A DNA stretch of 64,000 nt from Euprymna scolopes (lineage: Eukaryota). Made by a program: the position numbers and the translations under genes. The notes under the pieces were generated by a model. The model was not told where the DNA came from, searched no databases, and was given only the letters and a program-made list of their open reading frames with translations. Below, piece by piece: positions 12,501 to 25,900 of this stretch. Within the stretch, counting starts at the first letter, position 1, and each line of letters starts with the position of its first letter. Where the stretch lies: NCBI GenBank assembly GCA_053919585.1, contig CM132797.1; one strand, written 5' to 3'.

Positions 12501-15500
12501 CCATTGACTTGTGTGTTGGACAGCTTTTTAGAAATTGACCTCTAAATTAACCTATCTTTGGTCAAATCTTTATTTAACCATCTTTCTCTGACATCCATCC
12601 TGATCACTTCATTCTGGCTCCCCTGTGAACTGGCCCTGCTACCTCGACTGTTCTACATCTACTAACCCAAAACCTTTCATTCAAGCTCATCAAATCTAAG
12701 CGTGTCTTTAAGATTCCCATTACACATCCATTGTATCATTTTCACATCATTTCTATCCATGCTATGCATAGCGATTGTCATGTGACAAGTGCTTGTCAGA
12801 TTTATTGACACAGGAATTTCTCTGACCCATAACTGACTAGGTTTCACTTCCATTCATCACACTGTCTACACATGTCTATTAGACTGTTCTTTTTGTCGAC
12901 GGTGGTAATGCTCTGCTGTGATAATTAGAGTAGAAAATTGGACCCTAGTGACCCCAGATAGAATCGGAGGAAAATTTAAATGCTGCGTTTTTTAATATTT
13001 TTTTGTTTTTGATTATTCGTATTATTTTGATTCTTCGAACTATTGTTCACATCTGGATTTTTACGGCGTTATAGTTCATTTAACCTCTGATCTTCTTCGG
13101 GTGCATCTTGTTGAACTCTGGAATCTGCATGGAATTTAGAACAGGTGGGTAGCATGCTCTTGTTCTGTCAGCCATGATAGGGTAGAAGTCCTAAATAATT
13201 CACAAGTGTATTTTGAGTGTCGCTTGCACTATCAACCTCCGGAAGAGTGTAACATTATAACTGAATTTTATCAAGTACTTTATCCACTATGCCATGGGTC
13301 CTTGTGAAAATATTCCAGAGTTTGACAAGCTACACCTAAAGGTCAAAGGTTACATTAACTGAAACATTGTGAAAACAACACTTGAGATGCGAACAATAGT
13401 CCAAATAAAACAAATATGAATTTAGATGCTGTTATAAAATGCCATGGAAAAAAACTTTTTTGAAAACTTATTGGAATTTTCTTTTAACACATCGATTTCT
13501 ATTGTAACCAATCAAACGCTTTTATTTGATAGACTAGCATGGTTAACCGGCATTGCCCAGGTTGAGGAGGGAGGGATAACAAAACATTCTACAGTATTTT
13601 TTTTTTTATTACATTTTCACCCCAAACAAGGCACATTGCCACTTTGGTGTAGGGGGCTACTATCAGGGGAAACATCTACTGGGGTACTATGTAGGGATTA
13701 GGGCAGCGAGATGTTGGTTCACGTTGCACTTGAACTTATGCATGTCAGTACAGTTGGGGAAGCAGTGACCTGGAATGGAATTCCAAAGTCTAGCTGTTCT
13801 GGGGAAGAAACTACTGGAGTAGAAAGATCTTTTACATCTAGGGATCTCTACAGTGTGGGGGTGGGATTTTGCAGCTTGTCGGGTCTGTCGAGGGTGTTCA
13901 CGTCGTGGGGGCACAAGTGCTTGCAGTTCTTCAGAGCATTCACCATTATAATACTTGTAGAACAGGAAGAGGGATGCAACGTTTCGACGATGGGACAGAG
14001 GCTGAAGCTTAGATGCCAGTTTAGGGCCTATCAGATTTGCGACTCTCTTTTGAACCCTGTCAAGAAGCGATAGACTAGTAGCCGATGCACCGGCCCAAAT
14101 ATGACAGCAATACTCCATACATGGGCGAATAGTGGCCTTATAGAGGTACAGGATACTTTCGGGTGTTAGAAGTTTTCTAGCACGGTAGAGAGAGCCCACC
14201 TTCCTTGCAGTGGCCCTGGCAATGCCCTCGATGTAATTGTTCCAACTCATGTTGTAATGACTGTAAGGACTGAACATTTTTCTTTTCATTTGCTCTCTTT
14301 TCCACTTAAAAATCAATTTAACATAGCTTGTTACATTATAACATCTATCTCTATTCCAAATTTTATAAAAATCTGTCGAGTCATTCTCCAGTCGATTGGT
14401 GCATTTATTTTCAAGGGTTAATGTAATGAAGCCATTTGTCAGTTGAATGATGAAGAATATTATGAGAAGCTTGAAAATGATGGAATGAACAAAGTTTGAG
14501 TTATATTTTATTTGTTTACATTGGCCGCATGATCCCTGATGTTTTGTTTCTAATTTCCTTTTTGTTCTTTATCTTATGACCAATTTTATTTTATTATGCT
14601 TCTAACCACTTTAACATATCTAATTATCTTTCACTTCGTCGTAAAGACTATTACAGACCCATGCACAAACTTGGAGTCTATATTTGTAACATCCTGCCCG
14701 AACTATAATCAGACGACCAGGTCATCATGTGCTTTATAGACTAACTTTAGAACATAGCGTTAGCTACTTATATTTTCTCTACCACTCTTCCTCAGCCCAA
14801 GACTGTACTCTAATCAGTCACGTTTCTGACAACATAGATATAGCACTCTCCCTAGACACTAGTGCCCAAGTAAATATATTTGGTGACTTTAATGTCCATC
14901 GCAATAATTGGCCTTGTTTCTGTAGTTAAACAACCACAGCTGGTAGCATCACACATAACTTTTCTGTATTGCATTCCCTGACACCGACAGTAATGTTCCC
15001 AACTTGTTCCTCACATTGTCAGGACTAGCAAGCCTCACTTCTAGACCTATTTCTGACCACAGTTCCTATTTCTGACTACAGTTCCTATTTCTGACCACAC
15101 TTCCTATTTCTGACCACAGTTCCTATTTCTGACCACACTTCCTGAGGATTGTGTAACAAATGTCCATTGCCCATGCTGATCATGCTGTGATAATGCTAGA
15201 CAATAAACTCTTGACCCAAAGTTTAAAAGCCATTGCTCAAAACAATAAGGTGCTATAACATGAATGGCTCTCATCTTGAGGAGGCTCCATATTTTGACAA
15301 ACTTCTAGGTTTGACCTTTACTCCTTATCTGAGGTGTAACACATACATCAAATCTGTTGCCAAGGTCGCTGGAAAAATGGTGGGATCGTTCTACTGCTCC
15401 AGTAGATATCTCACTGTTGATGCAGTTCTCTACCTGTGTAAGAGCCAAGTATGTCCAAGGATGGAGTACTGTTGCCACATTTAGGCAGGAGTTGGCAGTT

Positions 15501-18500
15501 CAAAATAGACTTTGTAGCCTAGTGGGGGATGCCCTTTTTCTTCCCTGCAATCTTGTTACAAGCCTGTCTCTGTTTTATCGTTATTTTCATGGTAGGTGCT
15601 CGGCTGAGCTCCAGTCTATGCTCCCCTCCTGGACTTTCACAAAAAAACACTCATCTAGTTTAAACCATTATCAGTAGTTTCCCCCACTCTTTATTTGTGC
15701 CTAAACCTAGATGTAGATTCCATGAACAAAGCTTCTTTCTTAGAACTGCACGCCTGTGGAACTCTGTTCTGTTTTCCTGCTTTCCAACTAACTACAATAT
15801 GGTTGTCTTCAAGTTCAATGTGAACAAATTCTTTATGAGCCATCCCCTTATGTAATCCAATTTATCAAATTTCCACTACTAAAGATTACCACAGGTTCCC
15901 CTTGATCACTGTACACTCATTAACTCTTATCGTCGAGTGACCTCTGGGCCTTGATTAGTGGTGAGTCCTTTGTAAAAATAAAAATAAAAAAGGCTGACTG
16001 GGAAGATATCAGGGATCACATCAGAGATGCTCCATGGGGAATTATCTTTTCTCTTCCTGCAGAACAGTGTACAAATGAGACTACTGAATAGTTCAAAGTG
16101 GCAATTACTGCATGTGTTCCCACAATGAAAGTTCTGTAGCAAACAAAACTGTTCTCAATGGTTCACAACTACTTGTGCAGCAGCCATTGCTCAAAGGCAG
16201 CAGGTATACCACAGATTCATCTGACGTAAGTCTTGTACAAGTAGACAAACGCTTATAGAAGGTAGAAGTAATTGTAAGAGAAATAACCACAACTAAGAGA
16301 GAAACCACTATAAAACGCATTGAAGCGCAGAAATTAGGAACTCGTGTTTCTGGAAAATTTATAACAGTGTAGTAAATAATGAGCAATCAACAATCATGAG
16401 GTTGTTTGCACGGCAACCGAGAAAGCTAACATGTTTGCCCGCCAGTTTACCTCCAACTCTACTTCCTCCCAGATTTTCCTTTGCAGACAGAAACCATACT
16501 AGATGATCTGAAAATCACCCCTTCTCAAGTACATGATATCATAAAAAACCTCAAAAGTATGTGGACCTGATCTCATTCTGTCTGTACTATTAAAAAAATG
16601 CTTCACTGAAGTTGCTCCAGTTCTCTTCAAACTGTTCAACTAATGCTTTAACTGATCTTGTTTTCCTGAGTGCTAAAAAACTGCTTTGTGTGGTACCAGT
16701 TTACAAGAATTCTAGTGAAAGAACTGACCCATTAAATTATCGCCCCATTAACCTCCCTCTTTTCGCCAAAATATTTGAGTCCTTAATTAATCAAGCACTA
16801 CTTCACCACCTCACACTACTAAATTTCTGTCAGCAGATTTAGGCAAGCCCGTTCTATAGCAGATATCCTAACTGTAACAGCTGAATCTTTATGCCATGCA
16901 CTGGATAAGGCAGCTGAAGATAGGGCAGTAGCCCTAAATATCCAAGGCCTTTGACATGGTATGGCACAATGGTCTTCTTATGAAAATCAAATCCTATGGT
17001 ATTACTGGACAAATAGTTAACATGATTAAATCCTTCTTAAATAAAAAAAAATTATCCAGTTGTTCTCGATGGTCGTACATCAAAACAATATGATATAAAT
17101 GCAGGTGTGTCAGGGATTGATCCTTGGACCTCTATACTTGATATTCATAAATGACCTCTTTGATAAAATTGTCTCTGAAATGGGTATATTTGCTAATGAC
17201 ACCACACTTTATAACAAATTCAAGGGGAAAACGAATAAACACAATTTCTAGGGGAAGACCTCCAGTCTGTAGGGGAATAGGAACAAAAATAGATGGTAAC
17301 ATTCAATGCTGCCAAGACTAAACTTCTTTCCTTCAATAACTATAATAAACCTTCTCAATCACTAATAGCCATGGCTAATGATACATTACCTAAAAGTATT
17401 TCACTTAAACTCCTCAGCTTAATATTCACAAGGACATGAGTTGGAATAGATACATTGAGGGCACTGCCAAGGCTGCACAAAGTTACTTATACCTGAGAGT
17501 ATCCTGTACTAGGCTGTCACGCTTAAATAGGGTTCAAAAGAGAGTCACCACTCGAATTAGGCTTCAATCTCTCATTGATGAAATGTTGCATCCCTCTGTT
17601 TTACAAGTATTTTAATGGAAAGTGCTCGAACGAAATTCATGCCCTTGTACCCCTCAACATAAATACGCCCGACAAACCCGACAAGCAGCTAAATCCCACC
17701 CCTATGCAGTAGAAATTCCTAGATGCCAGAAAGCATTCTACTCTAATGGTTTCTTCCCTAGGACGGCTAGACTTTGGAATTCCCTTCTGGGTTCCTGTTT
17801 CCCTGACTGTACTGACATGCAGAAGTTCAAGTGTAATGTAAACAGACATCTTGCTGCTCAATTGCTTCAATATCCCTGCAACTGATGTTCTAGATATGAG
17901 GGGCGTGCAATAAGTAATACCCCTGACCCACTTCCAGTTGTCTGATCTAGCTGAAATTTTGCATATGCAACGATTTATATCTCTACGGGCTATGTGGCAA
18001 ATTACAGCTCTGAACTAATTGTGGTTTCTATTTTACAGGTGTTTGAACTGAGTCAGGTGTGAAATGGAACCTGTTGAATGTCGAGCAGTGATCCGGTTTT
18101 TGTATTTGAAAGGACGCACACCACAGGAAACTTTTGATGAAATGAAAGAAACTTATGGTGATAATACCCCATCATATGACCTTGTAAAATGCTGGCATCG
18201 TGAATTCAAACATGGCCGGAAGTCTGTAGAAACAGCTCCCAGACCTGCCCCCCCCCCCCTTCTGCTATTGATGAGGCATCTGTCGGTCAAGTTGAGGCTG
18301 CCATTTTGGAAGATCGGTGCATTACTATTCGCCAAATAGCCCAAGATGTCAAGATTAGTACAGGGTCTGTGGAAACTATCATTCATGACCATTTGCATAT
18401 GCATAAGGTGTCTGCCCGATGGATTCCCAGGTTGCTCACATCATTCCAGAAGCGAGAACGCGTCGAGTGCTCGAGGATGAATTTAGAGATGTACCAAGAA

Positions 18501-21500
18501 GATGAACCAAAGTTTTTCAAAAGACTGATTACACAGGATGAAATCTTGGTCCATCACTATGATCCAGAGACCAAAGCCCAGTCAATGCAGTGGAAGCACT
18601 TGGACTCACCACCGCCAAAGAAGGCAAGGATGCAGCCCTCCACTGGCAATGTCATGCTCACAGTCTGGGACCAGGACGGAGTAGTGATGACAGATTTCCT
18701 GGCAAAGGCTACCACAATTACAGGAGCCTATCATGCTTCACTTTTGGGGAAATTAAAGGAAGCTATCAAAATCAAGAGGCGGGGCAAAATCAGCAAAGGT
18801 ACCCTCCTCCTGCAGGACAATGCTCCAGTCCACAACTCGCATGTCGCCAGATCAGAAACACGGGCGTGTGGTTATGAAATCCTTCCCCATCCTCCCTACT
18901 CTACTGACCTTGCACCCTCTGACTTTCATCTCTTCCCAGCCATGAAGTTGTTTTTGAAAGGAAAGCGTTTCCCAGATGATGCAGACTTGATTTCTGAAGT
19001 CACGTCGTGGTCGGAGGACCAACCTGAGGTGTTCTACAAAAATGGTCTCCAGAGCTGCATCAAATGATGGGAGAAATGCATAACTCTGGGTGGTTCATAT
19101 GTAGAGAAAGACTAATAACTGTGCCAAGTTTCGTTGCTCTACTGCTATGGGAAGTGGGTCAGGAACATTACTTATTGCACACCCCTCGTAGTAGCTCCCT
19201 ACATCAAAGTTGCACTGTGCCTTGTTTGGGGTGAAAATACGAGAAAAATAAATAAATAAAAATTTTGTATGTTTTAAATGTTATGTCATTTGTTCATACA
19301 TTTTGCTTAAAAAAATAAAATTTCAAATTAAAAAAAAATCTCTCAAGCTTACAAAATAAAAAAAATTATAAATAAAACGTTTTTAATTACATCTATGAAA
19401 ATCAGTGTGTGTGTCGTTTGTTTAAAATTCAACCAGAAATAAAAGAAAAGGAATAGGGTGTCGATCCAGAATGTGTCCTCTTGGTATTTGCTGATTATGG
19501 AGTGCCTCAAGTCTAATTGATCCATAATATTATATACCACTCTTCTCATATAAAAAATCTTTCAGTATTCAGATTGTTGATTTTTCAGATATTAACACCC
19601 AAGCTTCTCTCTTTTCACCATCAATGCTTTGATGTTTTGCCTGTCGAAATGAATAACTTTCTCCTTAATGAATCCTCTTGTTTTGATAAACTCTTTGAAC
19701 TGACTTTAACTCCACATCTCAAATGAATGATGTATATCCAATCTGTTGCTAAGATTGATGGGAAAAATGGTTTGATTTCCTTGACTGACTCCATATGTTA
19801 CTTAAGATGTATGTAAGGTGCCACTCGGAACACGCTTTCTTGTCATGACATAGTACAAAAGTAACTTTGAAATGATCTCTTTTTATCACAGAAGAGACAT
19901 AGCTAGTCTTTCTCTGCTCTGTTGCTTTCATGGAAGGTCCTTGCCTGAGCTTCAATCTTTGATTCTTCCTGATGTAAGACATTCACATTAAGAACTCGTT
20001 TTCTATCACAATAGAAAAAGACTTTCTTGTTTTTCTCAGTGTGCCTAGTGTCAGGCGGAATTTCCAATGACAACGCATCTTTTAAATGTTTCCGTTTGTG
20101 GAACACATTACCACAGGACTGCTTCTTTGCAAGCTGCAACATGGTCGTCTTCAAATCCAATGTTCATAAATATTTGTCATAAACTGCTCCATAATTTAAC
20201 TTAATTCATACCATTTATTTTATTAATTTATTTTTATTTTGGACTATTATCCTCATCTTTATTAGTTGTTGTTTTTTTACAACGTTTCAGCCAACTATTC
20301 CTCTGGCCTTCGTCAGGTGGTAACCACGACGGATAGGAACCTCGAATCTCCTAACTGCATTCTCAGCAATCACTGCCATCTGTAGTTGTTGTTGTCTTAC
20401 CACGTTTTGGCCAAGTAAACCTCTGGCTGGCAGTTACCACCTGACGAAGACCAGAGGAATAGTTGGCTGAAACATTGTAAAAAAACAACTAATAAAGATG
20501 AGAATAGTAGTCCAAAATAAAAATAAATTAATATATATAATGCTCATCTCAAAAATGAATTCCAATTAAGGAATAATGTATATATACCATTTATTGTCCA
20601 TCATTTCTACACCTCATTAATTCTTATCCTCTAGTCACTCTTGGCCTTGATAAGTGGTCACCAACATTAAAAAAAAATCTAATGACTTCTTCAAATCACT
20701 CTAAATGTTGTTGGGCAATGAAAACCTTTCTTTTTTTTTTTTTTAAATTATGTTTTGCTATCCACAATTAAACCAGATTAATCCTGTCGGTGCACATTCT
20801 CCGGGTTTTTTTTTTTCATTCACATTCACCCCTAACAAGGCATATCGCTACTTGGACGTAAAAGGGCTACTATTTGGAACCACGTCTAGGAAAGATTAAC
20901 AAGATGTTAGTTTAAGTTGCATTTAAACTTCTGCATATGAGTCAGGGTAGCAGGAAAGGATTTCCAAAGTCTAGCTGTTTGAGGGAAAAAGTTATTAGGG
21001 TTTTCTGGTATTCAGGGACCTTAACAGTGAAGGAGTATGATTTTGTTGCTAGATTCTTTGACAGTTTTCTGAGCTTTACTACTTCCATGCTGCTCATGAC
21101 AAATTGGAAGTGGGCATTTGTGTGTGACACCATTACAAAAAGATTAGGATCTCTATCCCATTTTGTTTTTCAATCCATCCTCCCCACTTCCATGGCTGAG
21201 GAACTCCACCTACCCCCTGTATAGTGACCCCTCCCCCAGAATATGAGAGAGAAGTTAACAGATGCTACACCATGTTCAAGAGGTACCTGGAACTGTGCAA
21301 AGTAGGGCATCCCTGAAATATTGTACATGCCTTCTTACCTGAATGCCTGGTAATCCCAAATGGTCACCCATCTGGTACTGACCAGGCTCAACATTGCTTA
21401 TCTTTGGTGATCAAATGAGAACCAGTGTGTGACCATGGTTATGTCGTATATATCTATGAAAGATGTGTTTTTTTTTTTGTTTTTTTTTTACAAAGGAGTT

Positions 21501-22903
21501 ACCCTTTAACGAGGTATGGAAGCCTCTCGAGGATAAGGGTTAATGAGTGGGAAAATGTAATCGTAAGTAGTGGAAATTTGGTAAATTGTGTTACTTAGGG
21601 GGATGGCTCATCAAGAACTTGTTTACATTAGACTTAAGTAGTATCATGTTGTAGTCAGCTGGAAAGCAGGAAAACGGAAGAGTTCCATAGGCGGGCAGTT
21701 CTAAGAAAGAAGCTTTGTTCATAGAATCTACGTTTAGGTTTAGGCACAGATAAAGTGTTGGGGAAATTATTGATAGTGGTTTCAGCTAGACGTGTGTTTT
21801 TTGTGAAAGTTTGGCACGGGGGGGGGGGGCTTATCTTGGCAGGTTTCATTGCTGATTCTCTATTGTTAGTTGTTCAGACTCCAGAAGCACCGGTTGACCT
21901 CAAATTCACCACAAAAATGCCTGCAGGTGTGAAGCGACGGCTATTAACTGTAATGAATGAATATGTAATATGAAGATAATTTGTTATCAGAATGCCACCT
22001 CATGCTGAGTGAAATTGCATCTCGTTGAAAAGATGACAGAAGAAAACGCTGAACTGTCAAAGGTTATAAAAGTCACCATTTTCTTGCAATAACTATTGCA
22101 GAGGTTACCACTCATGAATTTGATTACAAAAACACAACGGGTATTGTCACAAACATGGATGCCAACCAGGTGTAACCCAATGTGCAAATTGACAGAAAGA
22201 TATCTACCTATTGCTACTCTTGTCATTCAACATTTATATCCCTTCCCTGCTAACCTTTATTTCCGAAAAGCAAACTTTTATAGCTACAGATGGCACAAAT
22301 AATCTATAGTCTTTTTCCATCTCTCTTTTACATTCACCCAGTCTATTGATAGAAAACCAACAGTTACAATCTGGTTATAAATATAAAATATAGAATTAAA
22401 GAAAATATTACCTGCATTTGGAGCGTTGCATATATTTTGAAATTAAAGAATTATGTATATAAATACATTTGGAAGGCTAGAAAACGATGCATATCTATAT
22501 ATCTATAAAAGTGACTGTGTGTGTGTGTGTGTGTACATTTCCCTACACAATAACTGTCGATTTTTAAGTCTACAGACTCGAAATTTGATATACAGGGTAC
22601 TGAGATTTGGGAAAATCTTTGTGATCGATTTTTGGTCAGAAATTTGGCATTTAAGGGGTCAAAGTTTTGACCTTTTGAGAACTTTACCAAACTCCTCCGA
22701 CAATTTTGGTTTAAACACTTGAAATTTTTGATATAGGTTCCTTGGACATGGATCTAACTTAATAACTTGATTTGAGCCAAACAATAAATGTTAAGGGGTC
22801 ATCATAGAGGTCAAAGTTAAAAAAATTGACCGTTTCTTCTTTTTTTTTTTTTTTGCTCAACATACACCTCCAAACACCCGGGCAACGCTGGGCTGAAATG
22901 CTA

Positions 22904-22951
<48 letters not shown>

Positions 22952-25900
22952 CTACCTTCATTTAGTCACATAAATTAATATACAAAAGTATAAATTTATG
23001 TGTAAACTTTAAGTATTTACTTCAACAGTGCTCAATACGTAGGTAGAGCTAGATAGTAAGTTGTAAAATATATATGGCGAAGGCATTATAAAGGGAGATG
23101 AGTAGCAAGATTTTTGTTTACATTACATTTGAATTTCTGCATATCAGTACAGTTGGGAAAGCAGAATCCCGGAAGGGGTTCCAAAGACTTGCAGTTCTGA
23201 GGAAGAAACTCACCATATATATTCATGTGCAGTAGTGAAACAGTTGACAGATAAAACTTTGATGACCTCCCATGTACCAATTTTTCAATTTTAACCCCTT
23301 AGCAATCTTTTTTTTTTTTTTTTTTTTTTTTCTGGATAAAAACTGATTAGTTTTTCATGTGCCCCTATATACCAAATATCAAGTCTGTAGATCAAACATT
23401 CGTTGAGTATATAGGTTGAGAAGCGTCCTCACACAAACATTCTCACTTTTATAGATATTTCTTATACTGATTAGTTATGTTTTAATGACTAAGGAAAAAA
23501 TCATTTTTATTTTGTCAAATGAGGCATTCACTAAAAAACAAAAAAAAGATTGTGGACCGATTATTTCCTTTGGTTATTAGCATGTATCTAAGCATATCTA
23601 TATATGATTCTATATATGATTGGTTATTAGCATATCTATATATGCTCTGAAGATAGGGATGTAACTTCAGTGAGTTATTTGAAACAATTTGGACGATATT
23701 ATAAGGAATATATATATAAATATACCCTAAAAATATACTTTTTTCAAGCAAACTACCTTTATCTGTTATAATTTTTTATATAAACTCAGAAATATATGTC
23801 TATGTATATATGGACATTGGCCATTGAAGGTTGAGTACATATGCTGGCATGGAAAGAAATGATATGAGAATAATATGATTACTGTGAATCTTAAAGACAG
23901 GCTTAGTTTTGTTGACCTCAGAGGAAGACAGTTTTAGTTCATAAGGTAAATGTGGAGATTATAGGGATGGGACTTGAAAGAAGGATAAAGACTTGGGTAG
24001 AGATAGATTATTTGAAACTCAATTTCTAAAAGCTGTTCAACATCTTACAGCATGTAAAATGCAATCAATTATGGTAAATATTAGACACAATCGTTCAAGC
24101 AAGGTGCATAACATTATCTGATAAAAATTTTTTTTTTTTATAGAAAACAATGAAGTTTATGTCAACTATATATTCATATATATTTTTTTCTTTCTAGCTG
24201 CACTGAAGCGTATGCTCACCTTTAACAGTGCACCAACGAAACAGGTTTCAGCTGAGCCACAATGGAAGGTAAGTTGAACAAAAAGAACCAAACAAAAATT
24301 TTTTGGCAAAAGTAAAATTGAATTCCTGTATTATATTTCAACTGTTTATATTTGTTTTCATTATCAAGAATCATGTTTACATAAAAAATTTATACCAAAT
24401 TCTAAAAAATTTTTCTGAGTAACAATACTTTTTTAGCTAGAATTAAAGTGTAGTTTCTGTTTTGGTGATGCACAGTTTTTTTCTGTCTTTGGTCAGAGGA
24501 AGACTGATGTAATTTTAATTTCTGTTCCAATCTAGAATGCCTCTTTGGGGAGTTCAATTTTCCCTGTAATAATAACTCTGCTCTCATGGGGAGACAAGTA
24601 TTTAGGAACAAAACTTTCCTTGTGTCATTTTGGATCAACAGGGAAGAAGTCATTACAAAAATGGTTTAAGCTCTGTTGATTTTGGGGCCCGAGGGGAAAA
24701 AATCCCTCGCATTTAAAAATTTTTTTTTTCATATTTAATGCATAATGTTAAAAAAATAAATTGGTTATAATAAGGGAGATAATAATCTTAGAAAGAAAAC
24801 GTTGATAATTAAAATTCATATCAAGTGCAAATACTGAAGGAAAACTCTCAGCTATGTTTTCACTTATGCCTATCCTTGTCCTAAAGAAGCGAGAACATGG
24901 GTCCTGGAGGGTTTTTACATAATTCGCAGGCAGAGGAAGTATGCTCAGTCCGTAGAGGATGAGAGGAAAGACATTAGTGGCACACTCCTCCACTCTACCC
25001 TTTAAGGAAAGTTTCCTTTGAACCCACCAGTTGACCATGGCTTTGACCTTTGACCGTACCTCTGACCAATTCTTTTTGAGCTAAAAACCCAGTCCGAACC
25101 ACATGCCGAGGATCCAAACCAGGCCGTTCGTTCAGCTGAAGGGAGCTGGAAAGGTAGCGGCGCCTGTCCAAGTCCCCAACTTGCCTCCTGAAATGATAAA
25201 AGAAGAATGAATAAGAATGCCTTTCGTAAAGGTTTTATCAGCTTAAAATATATACACGTGTTTGGCAAAATCAATATGGCGGAATCCTTAGTTCCGGCCA
25301 AGGGGAATAACTATGATTCATTTCCTGAAGAGTTACAGTAATTTATTATAACACTCCTTAGCTTGTGAAGTAATGGTTCTAACAGGGATGACAGTGGACA
25401 ACTCTGATGTACCGATTGGTAGATGGCAAAAGATTTTGAGTGCTTTCTCAGTTTATCTGTACCATTGCCGTCAGCGCATGGTACAGTATGGATATTCATT
25501 TGCAGAAGTCCAGTTTAAATCTAGCAGTCTCTAAAACAGATGCAGGAAGTAATGGTCGACCCTATCAAAAGCTTTGGACTGATCCTAATTGATCAGTGCA
25601 GCTTCCATGTCGTCTTCTTTCCCTCCCTCTAAGATCATACGGATCAGGTGCAAGTTGTTTTGAATCGATCTCCCTTTCACAGAATAGTTCTATTTGGGTT
25701 CGATCAAATCACCGATGACAATCTGGAGCTGATTCGATAGGACCTTGGCCAAAATATAAAGCACAAATTCACTTGGGTTTGAACAATCTTTTTTTTCTGT
25801 TCAATATGCATATAAGATGGAGCAGGGAACAGGTATCTAAAAATATACTCTTCCTCTTTTTCTTTAATATATTTGTTTTGTTTTTTTGTTTTTTCACTTT

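Larger units (their letters stand above)
15992..19262 (+). mobile_element. Decayed CR1 LINE (RT region to 3' UTR), subfamily B, with a mariner inserted in the 3' UTR
   Basis: [24 protein letters not shown] and [10 protein letters not shown] remnants; the 3' UTR resumes at 19191 (gtagctccctacatcaaagt...gggtgaaaat). Confidence 0.85.
20060..20680 (+). mobile_element. CR1 3' end fragment interrupted by a hammerhead foldback insertion
   Basis: RLWN...VVFKSNVHK remnant; the 3' UTR ggccttgataagtgg plus poly(A) resumes after 20595. Confidence 0.7.
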
